Assembly: GCA_965262715.1 (NCBI GenBank)
Contig: OZ253553.1
Span: forward strand, 1,984,001 to 2,048,000
Direction of reading: 5' to 3'
DNA length: 64,000 nucleotides
Source of the DNA: Bdellovibrionales bacterium
GTDB taxonomy: Bacteria; Bdellovibrionota; Bdellovibrionia; Bdellovibrionales; JAUICD01
Shown: positions 9,978-19,769 of the stretch, piece after piece
How the letters are laid out: each line of letters opens with the position of its first letter
Numbering within the stretch: the stretch's first letter is position 1
Made by a program: the position numbers and the translations under genes
The notes under the pieces: model-generated
The model's database searches: none
What the model was told of the DNA's origin: nothing
What the model saw: only the letters and a program-made list of their open reading frames with translations

Positions 9978-10064
9978 ATATTGAACATGATAGGCCATGT
10001 TGACTTAGCAAAACAGGCAGATCAACTAGGAGCTTATTTATATAAACTATGTCAAAATACTTAA
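9978..10064 (+). pseudogene. 3' fragment of a second four-helix-bundle gene
   Basis: Translates ILNMIGHVDLAKQADQLGAYLYKLCQNT*, versus ILTLVNHQKLIREADKLGAFLYKLCKNT* at 1913-2206. Confidence 0.8.
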
Positions 10065-10116
10065 GTTTTATTTGAGGGTTACTTTATTTGTAGAACACAC
10101 AAGATTTGAGATGACT

Positions 10117-11662
10117 TCAATGATTTACATCGAAATCTTGTGCCAGATTATCTACAAAGCTTTGAACACCTTTATTGAGCATTTCTATTATATAAATCGT
10201 CCTTTCTATATTTTCAATGTTGTTAATAACATCTTTGGAAAATAAGATAAGGTTAGATGTATAGGCATAGATCTCTTGATGGTTTAAATCTTGGTTATAT
10301 GGATCAGAACTCAAATTACCTAATTGTTGATTATATATGCCAACTTTTGATCTTCCATGAATAGCCCTAAATTGTGTATGATAAATAGACGGCTTATTTA
10401 CATAAGCTTTAAGGGTTAAAATAGCATGAGCTAACTCATGGCTTGTACCCACTAAACTATCTTCTAAATTCTTTTTTGAGTATATCTAAAGCAGCTTGAA
10501 TATCTAACTCTATTTCACCTATTACAGAAGGATATAAAGATATTTTAGTTCTAGAAGCATTAAATAATTCTACTTCTTTCCAATAAGAGAGCATAACCTT
10601 ATTACCATTTTCATGAACTCCATCAATAACCAGACTCAAAAGATAAACTCTTCTATTGAAAACATTAACTGGCTCTAATACTAATCTTGTGATTATTCCT
10701 TGTTTGCGCATCTCAGCAGATAGCTTCCTCATAAGCTCACTGTTTAATCTGACTAAATTATTACGAACAATAGTCCTATTTATAAGCGATAGAGATCTAT
10801 CGCTTAACGATTTATATAACTCTTCAATCTCAAAGAGATTTCTTCGAATACTATTTAAAATTTCATCTGTGATCGGTTTTGAAAGATCTGGCTGACTAGT
10901 TAAGGTTTCTCTTCTTGGTTTAAGTTTCAACCGATTTGCATTTACCGTTTTCGTTCCACTTTCATTTGGAGGATATTCTATAACTATCTGGCCGTTTTCT
11001 CTGATAGATATGATACGAGTTCTTATAGGAATGCCAATTGGATTGAAATAATAGACTTGTTTTCCAACTAAAATAGGTTGATAGGCATCATTTTTTGAAA
11101 TAATTGATTCTGCCATATCCTCATTTAGTCTGACATAGACATTGTCTCCTTCTACTCTTGTAATAACAACATTTTCAAGATAACCATTTGCATTGGTTCT
11201 TGATATAACAGCATTAGGAAAAATATTGGCTCTATTTGCAGGAGGTAAAGTTGTAAAATTTAGATATTCTATGGGATGAACATCTAATACTCCTCTATCT
11301 CTTAGAAAACTGATTGTCTTATCATCTAAGCCTATAATGCTACGAAGCATTTCATCTTGTTTCTGGGTATCTCTAATAATTCCTATTCGTAAGACATCTT
11401 CTACCTTTAATATATCAATGTTGAAAACTTTAAGCATTCTTCTTTTATATTCGTCATCAGGAATATCAATACTTTCTTGAAAAGACAATCTACTCCGTGG
11501 ATCATCATTTGTTAAGCTTTGCGCACACAGAATAAAGTTATTCATCTTTTCATCAAAAGATAAATTTTGAGGAGAGGCATTAGTCTCAAAAATATCTAAA
11601 AAGATGATATATAAGAATGTAAACAGAAAGTATCGGTTCATAATTAGCTTGTAATTTGTCAT
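10117..11662 (-). pseudogene. Predicted exported protein with an HExxH motif, split by a frameshift (ORFs 10457-11662 and 10117-10452)
   Basis: Removing one A from the A6 run near 10472-10477 gives the continuous reading ...ILKKNLEDSLVGTSHELAHA...; signal peptide followed by CAQSL. May be a sequencing indel. Confidence 0.65.
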
Positions 11663-11805
11663 TTAAGTAATCAGTTATCTGGTATAGAAAAACAGACAGT
11701 AATATTTCATTTTCCAAAAAATAGAGCTCGCTGGCAATAGATATAGATTTTACCTATATGCTAAAGTATGGAAATACAGACTTAAGTAACTCATCTAAAA
11801 TATAG

Positions 11806-14800
11806 TTAAGGCTTTGGATAAATTTTCATTTCTTGAAGTTTTTCCCAAAGTCCTTTTAAAGCGTCTGAAGTATCTAAATAAAAGGCACTTGATCTCACTC
11901 TCCAAAATGTCCAACCACATCTTTCTAGCTTCCATTGTCTTTCACAATCATTCTCTTCATGAGCTTCTGAATGATAAATATCACCATCGCATTCGATGGC
12001 TAATCTTCCATTAGAACCAATAACAACCATATCGATTCTATAATTTGACACTTTAAGTTGAGGAATAACTAAAAATCCTTTCATTGCAATTTCCCAAAAA
12101 ACTTTTACTTCAAACCAGCTTTCAAAAGGAGATGGCGCGTTTTGAGGTATTTTATTCTTCGTATTTTTAATTTTTTTATAGAGGTTTTGTAGTTCTTCTT
12201 GAGACCAACCAGTAGCCTTACTTTTATAATCCATACAATGGACCAACAGTTGTCTTCTAAAGTCATGAACAGATAAATCTTCAACTCCTACAGAATGAAA
12301 TAACCATAATTGATCTTTTCCTCGACTGGCAGCAACATTATATCTTTTTTTGTATGTATCTTTTGTTAAAGCATTAAAGTTATAATCATTAGAAATAGCC
12401 ATGCTAAGAAAAATTATATCTCTTTCATCACCTTGAAAGTCATAGGCACCACCAACCACAATTTCTCTTTTTTCTATAGTCTCTTTATCCAAATAATCTG
12501 TTAAGAATTTCTCTATAAGTTTTATTTGTAAGTGGCCTTGTAAACTTATGATTCCAAATGATTTACCATCATACCTAGAGTCTGAGATACAATCTTTAAG
12601 CTGTTTTACTATACCTTCAGCTTCTTCCTCATTTTGTGGATATTTTGCGCTACCCACTTTACTAACAGCTTTGTCTATAAAGGTGTGTTTGAGAGGTTCT
12701 AATCGAGTACTTCCATATTGTCTCATTGGGGCTAATGGTCTACCAGAATAAGACAGCTTGTTTGAAAATTGAATAATCTCAGGCATACATCTAAAATGCT
12801 CTCTTAATTGAATGCGGCTTTTAAAAGCAATATCACAATAATCATAATAACTGTATTCACGTCCGATATAATCAGAGTGTTTCATATCAGATAAATATTT
12901 CTTTTTTAAACTTTCAACATCTGCATCAACAATACCCGGCATTTCTGGACTGATTTGTTCATTATCTCCAACCACTATAATCTTACTGGCTAAATAATTT
13001 AACATCAGGCCCTCTGGTCCTGTTTGGCTTGCCTCATCTATAATAGCAATATCAAATGGTTTCGAACCTGGTTTGATATTTTCTACAACCCTATAAAGTG
13101 GCATAATCCATACTGGTATGGCTTCTTTACATTCAGACATTCTTTCTCTTGCTACTCTTCTGTGCTTTGAAGCTGTTTTTCCAGTTCCTTTACCAATTTT
13201 GCTGACTGCATAAGCCCAACCCTTTAAACTTGCTTGTTGCTCGCCAGTTATATTAGATAAGCAGTGATGCCAAGCTTTTTTAGCAACAAGTGTCTCAAGA
13301 TTTTTTTGGATCTCATCTATTAAGTCTTCTCTTTCCTCTGTTAAGTTTTGAAAAAAAGTTTCATCACTGTTTTCCCTTATCCAACAATTGACTCGATTCC
13401 ACGCCCAAGCCTCTTCAAATTTTGATAAGCGTTTTTGCCAATCCAAAACATTAATATTTTTTCTTAAAGTTTCAAAAAAAGTATCACTAACAGCATCAAT
13501 TTTTGTCTTAATAGGCATGATTTCCTGAAATATTTTTTTATTTTTATTAAAGTTGAAAATATTTGTATAAGCTTCACTAAACATCTCTATATTTCTATTC
13601 CTGTAAGCACTTATAAGTTGATTTGCAATTTGATTTTTTTGAGTGCTATAAGAGTTTAAAACAGAAATAGTTTTTTCAAATTCAGATGAAATCTTCTCCT
13701 GAATCCTCTTAGCATTTATAACTTTTACTATCTCTAGTTCTTTCTTTAGTGAATTTAAATCCCATTTAGGATAAGGAATTACATATTTATTAAGCATATT
13801 TTTCATATCACTAACGCATTTATGAACTTGTAAGCATTCTTCTAATGGTTCACAAAAGTCTTTACATAAATGATACATAGAAGCAAAACTGTCATCTTTT
13901 ATTTGTTCTTTATCTCTCCAATTTTTTAAAAGATCATACTTAGCAATTCTAGCTTTAGCATAATTATGCAGCTTCTCTGCTTCTAGATACGATCTACATT
14001 TTCTTCCATCAATTGTTACCACTTTTGTTATTTTTTTAACATTTCTAACTTCTTTAGAACAAAACCATCCCCATCTAGGGTTGTCTTCTAAAGTAAACTT
14101 ATTAAAAAAATCATCTAATACAGCTTTTAATTGTGTAAATCTTAACCTAATAGGATATTCTATTTTGAGTTTATCCATAGACAAAAAAACATCTTTATTT
14201 GTATCTAATATTTCATGAGTTCTCTTAAAAAGATATCTCCATGAACGATCTTTATCTAAAATACAATCATTAGCTGCTTGTTGAATCCATTCTTGTTGGT
14301 TAGGATTCATAAGATGTTCTGCTGTACTGATTAATTTCGATAAGAGATCAAAAAACAAATCACAGTCTTGAGTAGAAAAACTATAGTAAGCACTACGTTC
14401 TATTATTTCTTGATCAATTAAACTTTCTTCAATAACCTTTTTTGCTTCTTCTTCTTTTCGGATTTTCCTTTTAACCTCATCCAGATCAAAAAAGTTGTTT
14501 TCATCAGGAAGTTCTTCTTCAAATATACTCAGATCAGGTATAAGTTTTAGTTCTTTTAACAAACGAAATAGGGTTACTGCTTCATTATTCGAGATAGGCG
14601 AAGGTGAATGAGTGCTTGAATCTTTAATATCAAAATCATTTTTAATCCAAGCATATAAGTCCTGTTCTTCTTTTATTTGTTTTGCAATAAGAGCAGCACT
14701 GCCAGAGTAAAACCCAAAAAGATTTTTATATAATCTTGTTTCAAATTCTCTTTTATCAGCAAGTTTTCTTTCAAGATGAATCTTTTCTCCTTTAAGTTCA

Positions 14801-16263
14801 TTATCTCTTTTTTCAAGATACTCTATTTCTTTTTTGCATTCTTCGTTATTCCATTCTTGATATTTTGAATTGATAGAATTGACAGAGGTTTTTAGTTCTG
14901 ATAGTGATTTTTGATCTCGTCCTAATACTTCAACACAAAGAGGTTTTAAGTCACCAGGCAACTTACCTTTTAGAACTTTTAATGCTCTATCAGTTTGACT
15001 AGTGATCAATATCTTTTTTTCAGTGGCAAGTAAATGGCAGATAAGATTAGCAATAGAATGTGTTTTTCCAGTCCCCGGCGGTCCTTGAACAAGAACTCCA
15101 ACACTATCTGATAATTTTTTAATAATACTTTCTTGTTCTTGATTTACTGGAAGAGGAAAGTAATATTTTGTATTCAATTCTTGTAATGATAAGTCCCCAT
15201 CGACATCTTTTATACTCTGATCTTCATCAATTATATAATTTAGGCAGGGGTTAATTAGGTCTGCAGAATCTAGGTCTTCAATAACATTTTTATAAAACTG
15301 TGAAAATGTTCTTTCTCCACGCTTTCTAAGAATAATTGCTGGAGAAACACTTAATGTTGTAAATGATTCATCTGTATGACATAAGTCAAATTCAAGATAA
15401 AATTGACCTTGAGGATCATAACTATTGACCCAAGATTTTAAACAATCAATAAAATCTCCATCTATCCAAAAGTCATTATTTAACTGATTTAAATCAGCAT
15501 TGATTTTATCACTTGTATGAGGCTTCTCATTCATTTCCAGCATATCTAATTCTAAAGACATCTCTACATTTTGATCTCCAGGGCCAACTGTTATTGCGCC
15601 TGTTGCTTCATTAAAATGCATTGACAAAGGAGTTGTTACAATGTGTCGTTTAATGAATTTCCCTTTTTTTGTTTTAGTAGATAGCAAACCAAGTCCTAAT
15701 ATGACTTGGTAGTTTTCACCTTGATTTTTGTTTTTATGATATATCTCATAAAGATCATTGTATCTTTGCCATATAGGTTCTAATCTTTTTTTCTCCTCTG
15801 CCCAAGATTGCCACTGCTGCTCATAAAATTTCAAAAACTCATTTTGAATCTCTGGTACATCCTCAAGCAAAACCTTTGTTTGAAAAACTTCAGCATTTTC
15901 ACCGAGAGTCTCTTGTAAAATGCAATCAAGTAATTGAGGTTTCTTTTTATGATTTTCCAATGTAGATATTGAAATCCAATTTTTAATGACATCAGGAGGT
16001 TTTGGACAATCTGGTATTCTTGGTTTTTTGATTTCGATCCATTTATCATAATTATTGATACTGGATGGATCTATTGATAATCGATGTGTGATAGAATAAA
16101 CTTCTTTTTCTTTAGGAATTTGATCAACCCAAAGAACTTTTTCAAAATTATTGACATCTAAGACTTTTTTAGTTTTGAGATCACTTAACTCTCTCAAAAA
16201 TTGAAATAAGTCTTTAGCTTTTTCCTTACGTGATTTATGAATTCTCATAACATTTGCCATCAA
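11806..16263 (-). CDS. SF1 (Upf1-like AAA_11/AAA_12) helicase fused to a C-terminal Vsr/DUF559-like PD-(D/E)xK nuclease; probable defence protein
   Basis: VQGPPGTGKTHSIANL, IIDEASQ, VVGDNEQ, LREHFRC, FQGDERD, YNVAASR; C-terminal FESWFE...YRIDMVV...LAIECDG..YH...LERCGWTFWRVR. Confidence 0.85.
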   Translation of the reverse strand: MMANVMRIHKSRKEKAKDLFQFLRELSDLKTKKVLDVNNFEKVLWVDQIPKEKEVYSITHRLSIDPSSINNYDKWIEIKKPRIPDCPKPPDVIKNWISISTLENHKKKPQLLDCILQETLGENAEVFQTKVLLEDVPEIQNEFLKFYEQQWQSWAEEKKRLEPIWQRYNDLYEIYHKNKNQGENYQVILGLGLLSTKTKKGKFIKRHIVTTPLSMHFNEATGAITVGPGDQNVEMSLELDMLEMNEKPHTSDKINADLNQLNNDFWIDGDFIDCLKSWVNSYDPQGQFYLEFDLCHTDESFTTLSVSPAIILRKRGERTFSQFYKNVIEDLDSADLINPCLNYIIDEDQSIKDVDGDLSLQELNTKYYFPLPVNQEQESIIKKLSDSVGVLVQGPPGTGKTHSIANLICHLLATEKKILITSQTDRALKVLKGKLPGDLKPLCVEVLGRDQKSLSELKTSVNSINSKYQEWNNEECKKEIEYLEKRDNELKGEKIHLERKLADKREFETRLYKNLFGFYSGSAALIAKQIKEEQDLYAWIKNDFDIKDSSTHSPSPISNNEAVTLFRLLKELKLIPDLSIFEEELPDENNFFDLDEVKRKIRKEEEAKKVIEESLIDQEIIERSAYYSFSTQDCDLFFDLLSKLISTAEHLMNPNQQEWIQQAANDCILDKDRSWRYLFKRTHEILDTNKDVFLSMDKLKIEYPIRLRFTQLKAVLDDFFNKFTLEDNPRWGWFCSKEVRNVKKITKVVTIDGRKCRSYLEAEKLHNYAKARIAKYDLLKNWRDKEQIKDDSFASMYHLCKDFCEPLEECLQVHKCVSDMKNMLNKYVIPYPKWDLNSLKKELEIVKVINAKRIQEKISSEFEKTISVLNSYSTQKNQIANQLISAYRNRNIEMFSEAYTNIFNFNKNKKIFQEIMPIKTKIDAVSDTFFETLRKNINVLDWQKRLSKFEEAWAWNRVNCWIRENSDETFFQNLTEEREDLIDEIQKNLETLVAKKAWHHCLSNITGEQQASLKGWAYAVSKIGKGTGKTASKHRRVARERMSECKEAIPVWIMPLYRVVENIKPGSKPFDIAIIDEASQTGPEGLMLNYLASKIIVVGDNEQISPEMPGIVDADVESLKKKYLSDMKHSDYIGREYSYYDYCDIAFKSRIQLREHFRCMPEIIQFSNKLSYSGRPLAPMRQYGSTRLEPLKHTFIDKAVSKVGSAKYPQNEEEAEGIVKQLKDCISDSRYDGKSFGIISLQGHLQIKLIEKFLTDYLDKETIEKREIVVGGAYDFQGDERDIIFLSMAISNDYNFNALTKDTYKKRYNVAASRGKDQLWLFHSVGVEDLSVHDFRRQLLVHCMDYKSKATGWSQEELQNLYKKIKNTKNKIPQNAPSPFESWFEVKVFWEIAMKGFLVIPQLKVSNYRIDMVVIGSNGRLAIECDGDIYHSEAHEENDCERQWKLERCGWTFWRVRSSAFYLDTSDALKGLWEKLQEMKIYPKP

Positions 16264-16495
16264 TTATGGATCATTTTTATACAGTTCGTATTTTCCTATA
16301 TTCTCTGTTATTTATTTGCGTCTCAAAGCATAAATCTTCTTAACTCCTTTGTCGTTATCGTCTTATACATGCTATAACTTAATAAATTTATAGATATATA
16401 AGATTGCATTTTATTGTAGTGGATGTTAAGTGTCTTATTCATAGTGTAGAATACCTGTCCTCTCAAAAAGAGGTTTATTTTAAAGGATCAGAATA

Positions 16496-17764
16496 ATGAA
16501 AATTCAATCTGTAAGAGGAATGAAAGACCTTAGTCCAACAGAAAGTCCTTTATGGCTTCAAATAGAAAGACAAGCCTACAAAACCGCTTCTCTAGCTGGA
16601 TATACTTATGTGCGCACTCCTATTGTAGAAATGACAGATCTTTTTAAAAGGAGTATTGGAACAAACACTGATATTGTCGAAAAGGAAATGTACACCTTTG
16701 AAGATAAAGGTGGTGACTATTTAACACTTAGGCCAGAGGGTACAGCAGGCTTAGTGAGAGCCGCCATTGAAAACGGATGGATTTCATCACCAAATACAGC
16801 ATTGAAGCTCTTTTACCTAGGCCCTATGTACCGGAGAGAAAGACCTCAAAAAGGCAGATATAGGCAATTTCATCAATTCGGTTTAGAATTATTAGGAGTA
16901 GATAGCCCTTGTGGTGATGCTGAAATTATCTCACTAGGCTGGGATCTTTTGCAATCACTTGATTTAAAAGACATTCAATTGAGACTATCTACTTTAGGCA
17001 CTTTTGCTTGTCGAAAACTTTATCAGGAAAAACTTAAAAATGTCCTTAAACAAAATCTAGAACTTATCCCAAAGGATTTTGTCCACCGTATTGAATCTAA
17101 TCCTCAAAGAATTTTTGATCATAAAGATCCAAAAGTAAAAGAGCTCATTCCTAAACTTCCCGTCTTATTAGATCATCTAGATTTAGAAAGCCAAAAACAT
17201 TTCGAAAAAGTTCAGAAACACCTAACAGAAATGGATGTTCCCTTTACAATAGACCCTCATATTGTCAGAGGGCTTGATTATTATGGACATACAGCCTTTG
17301 AATACACATCAAACCACTTAGGACCTACCCAAAATGCTGTTGGTGGAGGTGGCAGATATGATGTTCTTGTGGAACAGTTAGGAGGAAAGCCTACTCCCGC
17401 TGTAGGTTTAGCAATGGGAATTGAACGCCTTACACTTTTAATTGATAATCTTCCTTTTGATAAATCTATATCTATTTATCTTATTATTCAGGATGTAGAT
17501 CTAAAGGACCTTGCTTTAAAATGGTCTCGCAAACTGCGACTCAGTGATATTAAGACACAAGTGAGTTTATCAGATAACTCATTAAAAAGTCAGATGAAAA
17601 AAGCAGACAAAATAGGCATCTCACACGTAGTGATTTTTGGCCAGCAGGAGATGACAAATCACCAAGTTACAATAAGAGATATGAAATCAGGAGATCAAAA
17701 ACTCATTGACTTAGATCAACTTACAGAACATTTAAAAACATTAAAAGTTGAGGAGAAAAAATAA
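16496..17764 (+). CDS. hisS: Histidine--tRNA ligase
   Basis: TDIVEKEMYTF, LRPEGTAG, RRERPQKGRYRQFHQ, VRGLDYY and GGGRYD motifs. Confidence 0.98.
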   Translation: MKIQSVRGMKDLSPTESPLWLQIERQAYKTASLAGYTYVRTPIVEMTDLFKRSIGTNTDIVEKEMYTFEDKGGDYLTLRPEGTAGLVRAAIENGWISSPNTALKLFYLGPMYRRERPQKGRYRQFHQFGLELLGVDSPCGDAEIISLGWDLLQSLDLKDIQLRLSTLGTFACRKLYQEKLKNVLKQNLELIPKDFVHRIESNPQRIFDHKDPKVKELIPKLPVLLDHLDLESQKHFEKVQKHLTEMDVPFTIDPHIVRGLDYYGHTAFEYTSNHLGPTQNAVGGGGRYDVLVEQLGGKPTPAVGLAMGIERLTLLIDNLPFDKSISIYLIIQDVDLKDLALKWSRKLRLSDIKTQVSLSDNSLKSQMKKADKIGISHVVIFGQQEMTNHQVTIRDMKSGDQKLIDLDQLTEHLKTLKVEEKK

Positions 17765-19593
17765 TGGCTAATAATTTAGATCTTAAGCGCACCTGTTTAT
17801 GCGGCCAGATATGTAGTGATCATGTAGAGAGTAAAGTGACTTTGATGGGGTGGGTAGATAGATTTAGAGATCATAAAGGTGCCTTTTTTATAGACTTGCG
17901 TGATAAGTCAGGAATTGTGCAAGTTGTTTTAGATATATCAAGACATTTCAAAGAAGTAAAAGAGATTAAAGAAGAATATGTTATAAAGGTTATAGGTACT
18001 GTAAAAAAAAGGCCAAGCCCAAATCCCAAAATCTCTACTGGAGAGTTTGAAGTTCATGTTGCAGAGATAAATATTTTATCTCCATCAGAGTCTCTTCCTT
18101 TTCAAAAAAACCCAAATGAAGATACCCGTCTTAAGTATCGGTACATAGATTTAAGGAATCCACAAATTCAAAAGAACCTAATCACACGTCATCAGCTTTA
18201 TCAATCTGTGCGCAATTATCTTTGTGAAAATCAATTTTTAGAAATAGAAACTCCTATTCTCTATAAGAGCACCCCTGAAGGGGCTAGAGACTATTTAGTA
18301 CCTTCACGTATTGATAAAGGTCATTTTTATGCACTTGTGCAAAGTCCTCAAATTCTCAAACAGCTGCTTATGGTAGGCGGCTTAGATCGTTATTTTCAAA
18401 TTGCTAGATGTTTTAGAGACGAAGATTTAAGAGCAGATAGACAACCAGAGTTTACCCAAATTGATATAGAAATGAGTTTTGTCAACTCTGATGATGTGAT
18501 GGATTTAACTGAAGGAATGATACGAAAAGTTTGGAAAGATGTTTTGGATATAGATATTCCAAAAATAAAAAAGATGTCTTATCAAAAAGCCATGGACCGT
18601 TATGGAACTGATCGACCAGATACAAGGCTTGATGAACTTTGCGACTTTACATCAACTAGTGAATTTTTAAAAAAATTAAATGAACAAGAAAACTCAGAAC
18701 TGTATTTTCGAGACCTTATTAATAAACATATTAAAGAAATTAGCGAAGAAAATAGAATTATAAAAGGCATTGTGATTTCTAAGGGTGGATCATTAAGTAA
18801 TACTCAGCTAAAAAAGATATTACTGAATGTAAAAAATAATAATGATACAACACATGGGCCCTTTTGGATTAAAGCTGATGCACAAGGAAACTTAAACAGC
18901 TCATTTTTGAACTACTTTAAATCTTATGCTCAATATGTTTTTGAATTTGCAAATGCTAAACCTGGTGATCTTATTTTTTGGCTCTCAGGTGAGAAAGAAA
19001 CAGTATGTAAAACTTTAGGACAACTTAGATTAGATTTAGCTCAAAAGTTTAACTTAATTGATAAAGATAAGTTTGAATTTGTATGGGTAACAGATTTTCC
19101 ATTACTTCATTATGACAATCAATCAAACCGATTTGTATCTTCACACCATCCCTTCACTTCTCCTACAGATGAGAGTGCTACTATGATTGATCAATTTTTA
19201 CCTGATGATACACAAGAACAGCACAATCAAATCCTCAACCTGAAAGCTAAGGCGTATGATTTAGTGTGCAATGGATATGAGATTGGCGGAGGTAGTATCC
19301 GTATCCATCAACCAGAGTTGCAACAGAAGGTATTTAAGTTATTGAATTTAACAGATCAGGAGATTCAAGATAAATTTGGTTTTTTTATCGATGCTTTAAG
19401 GTATGGCACACCTCCACATGGTGGGATTGCAATGGGTTTAGATAGGATGGCCATGCTACTTTCTAGGACTGATGCTATTCGAGATGTGATTGCCTTTCCG
19501 AAGACAACACGCGCGACTTGCTTGATGTCAAATGCTCCAAATGAAGTCAGTGAACAGCAACTTTCAGAGTTAGGTTTAGAAGTTAAAAAATAA
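17764..19593 (+). CDS. aspS: Aspartate--tRNA ligase
   Basis: STPEGARDYLVPSR, CFRDEDLRADRQPEFTQID and GTPPHGGIAMGLDR; 1-bp overlap with hisS. Confidence 0.98.
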   Translation: MANNLDLKRTCLCGQICSDHVESKVTLMGWVDRFRDHKGAFFIDLRDKSGIVQVVLDISRHFKEVKEIKEEYVIKVIGTVKKRPSPNPKISTGEFEVHVAEINILSPSESLPFQKNPNEDTRLKYRYIDLRNPQIQKNLITRHQLYQSVRNYLCENQFLEIETPILYKSTPEGARDYLVPSRIDKGHFYALVQSPQILKQLLMVGGLDRYFQIARCFRDEDLRADRQPEFTQIDIEMSFVNSDDVMDLTEGMIRKVWKDVLDIDIPKIKKMSYQKAMDRYGTDRPDTRLDELCDFTSTSEFLKKLNEQENSELYFRDLINKHIKEISEENRIIKGIVISKGGSLSNTQLKKILLNVKNNNDTTHGPFWIKADAQGNLNSSFLNYFKSYAQYVFEFANAKPGDLIFWLSGEKETVCKTLGQLRLDLAQKFNLIDKDKFEFVWVTDFPLLHYDNQSNRFVSSHHPFTSPTDESATMIDQFLPDDTQEQHNQILNLKAKAYDLVCNGYEIGGGSIRIHQPELQQKVFKLLNLTDQEIQDKFGFFIDALRYGTPPHGGIAMGLDRMAMLLSRTDAIRDVIAFPKTTRATCLMSNAPNEVSEQQLSELGLEVKK

Positions 19594-19769
19594 AATCAAA
19601 GAAATATACAAATGTTGTATAAATCTTGTATAATGAGAAAATGAACAAATTTCATCTAACAGATGAGAATCCTTCAGCTATAATATAAGTTTTTCATGAC
19701 ATTTTAAAAAAGTTTTGATTTGCTAAAGATGATAGATACAAAGACATTTAGGGATAAAAAGGTGATGAT

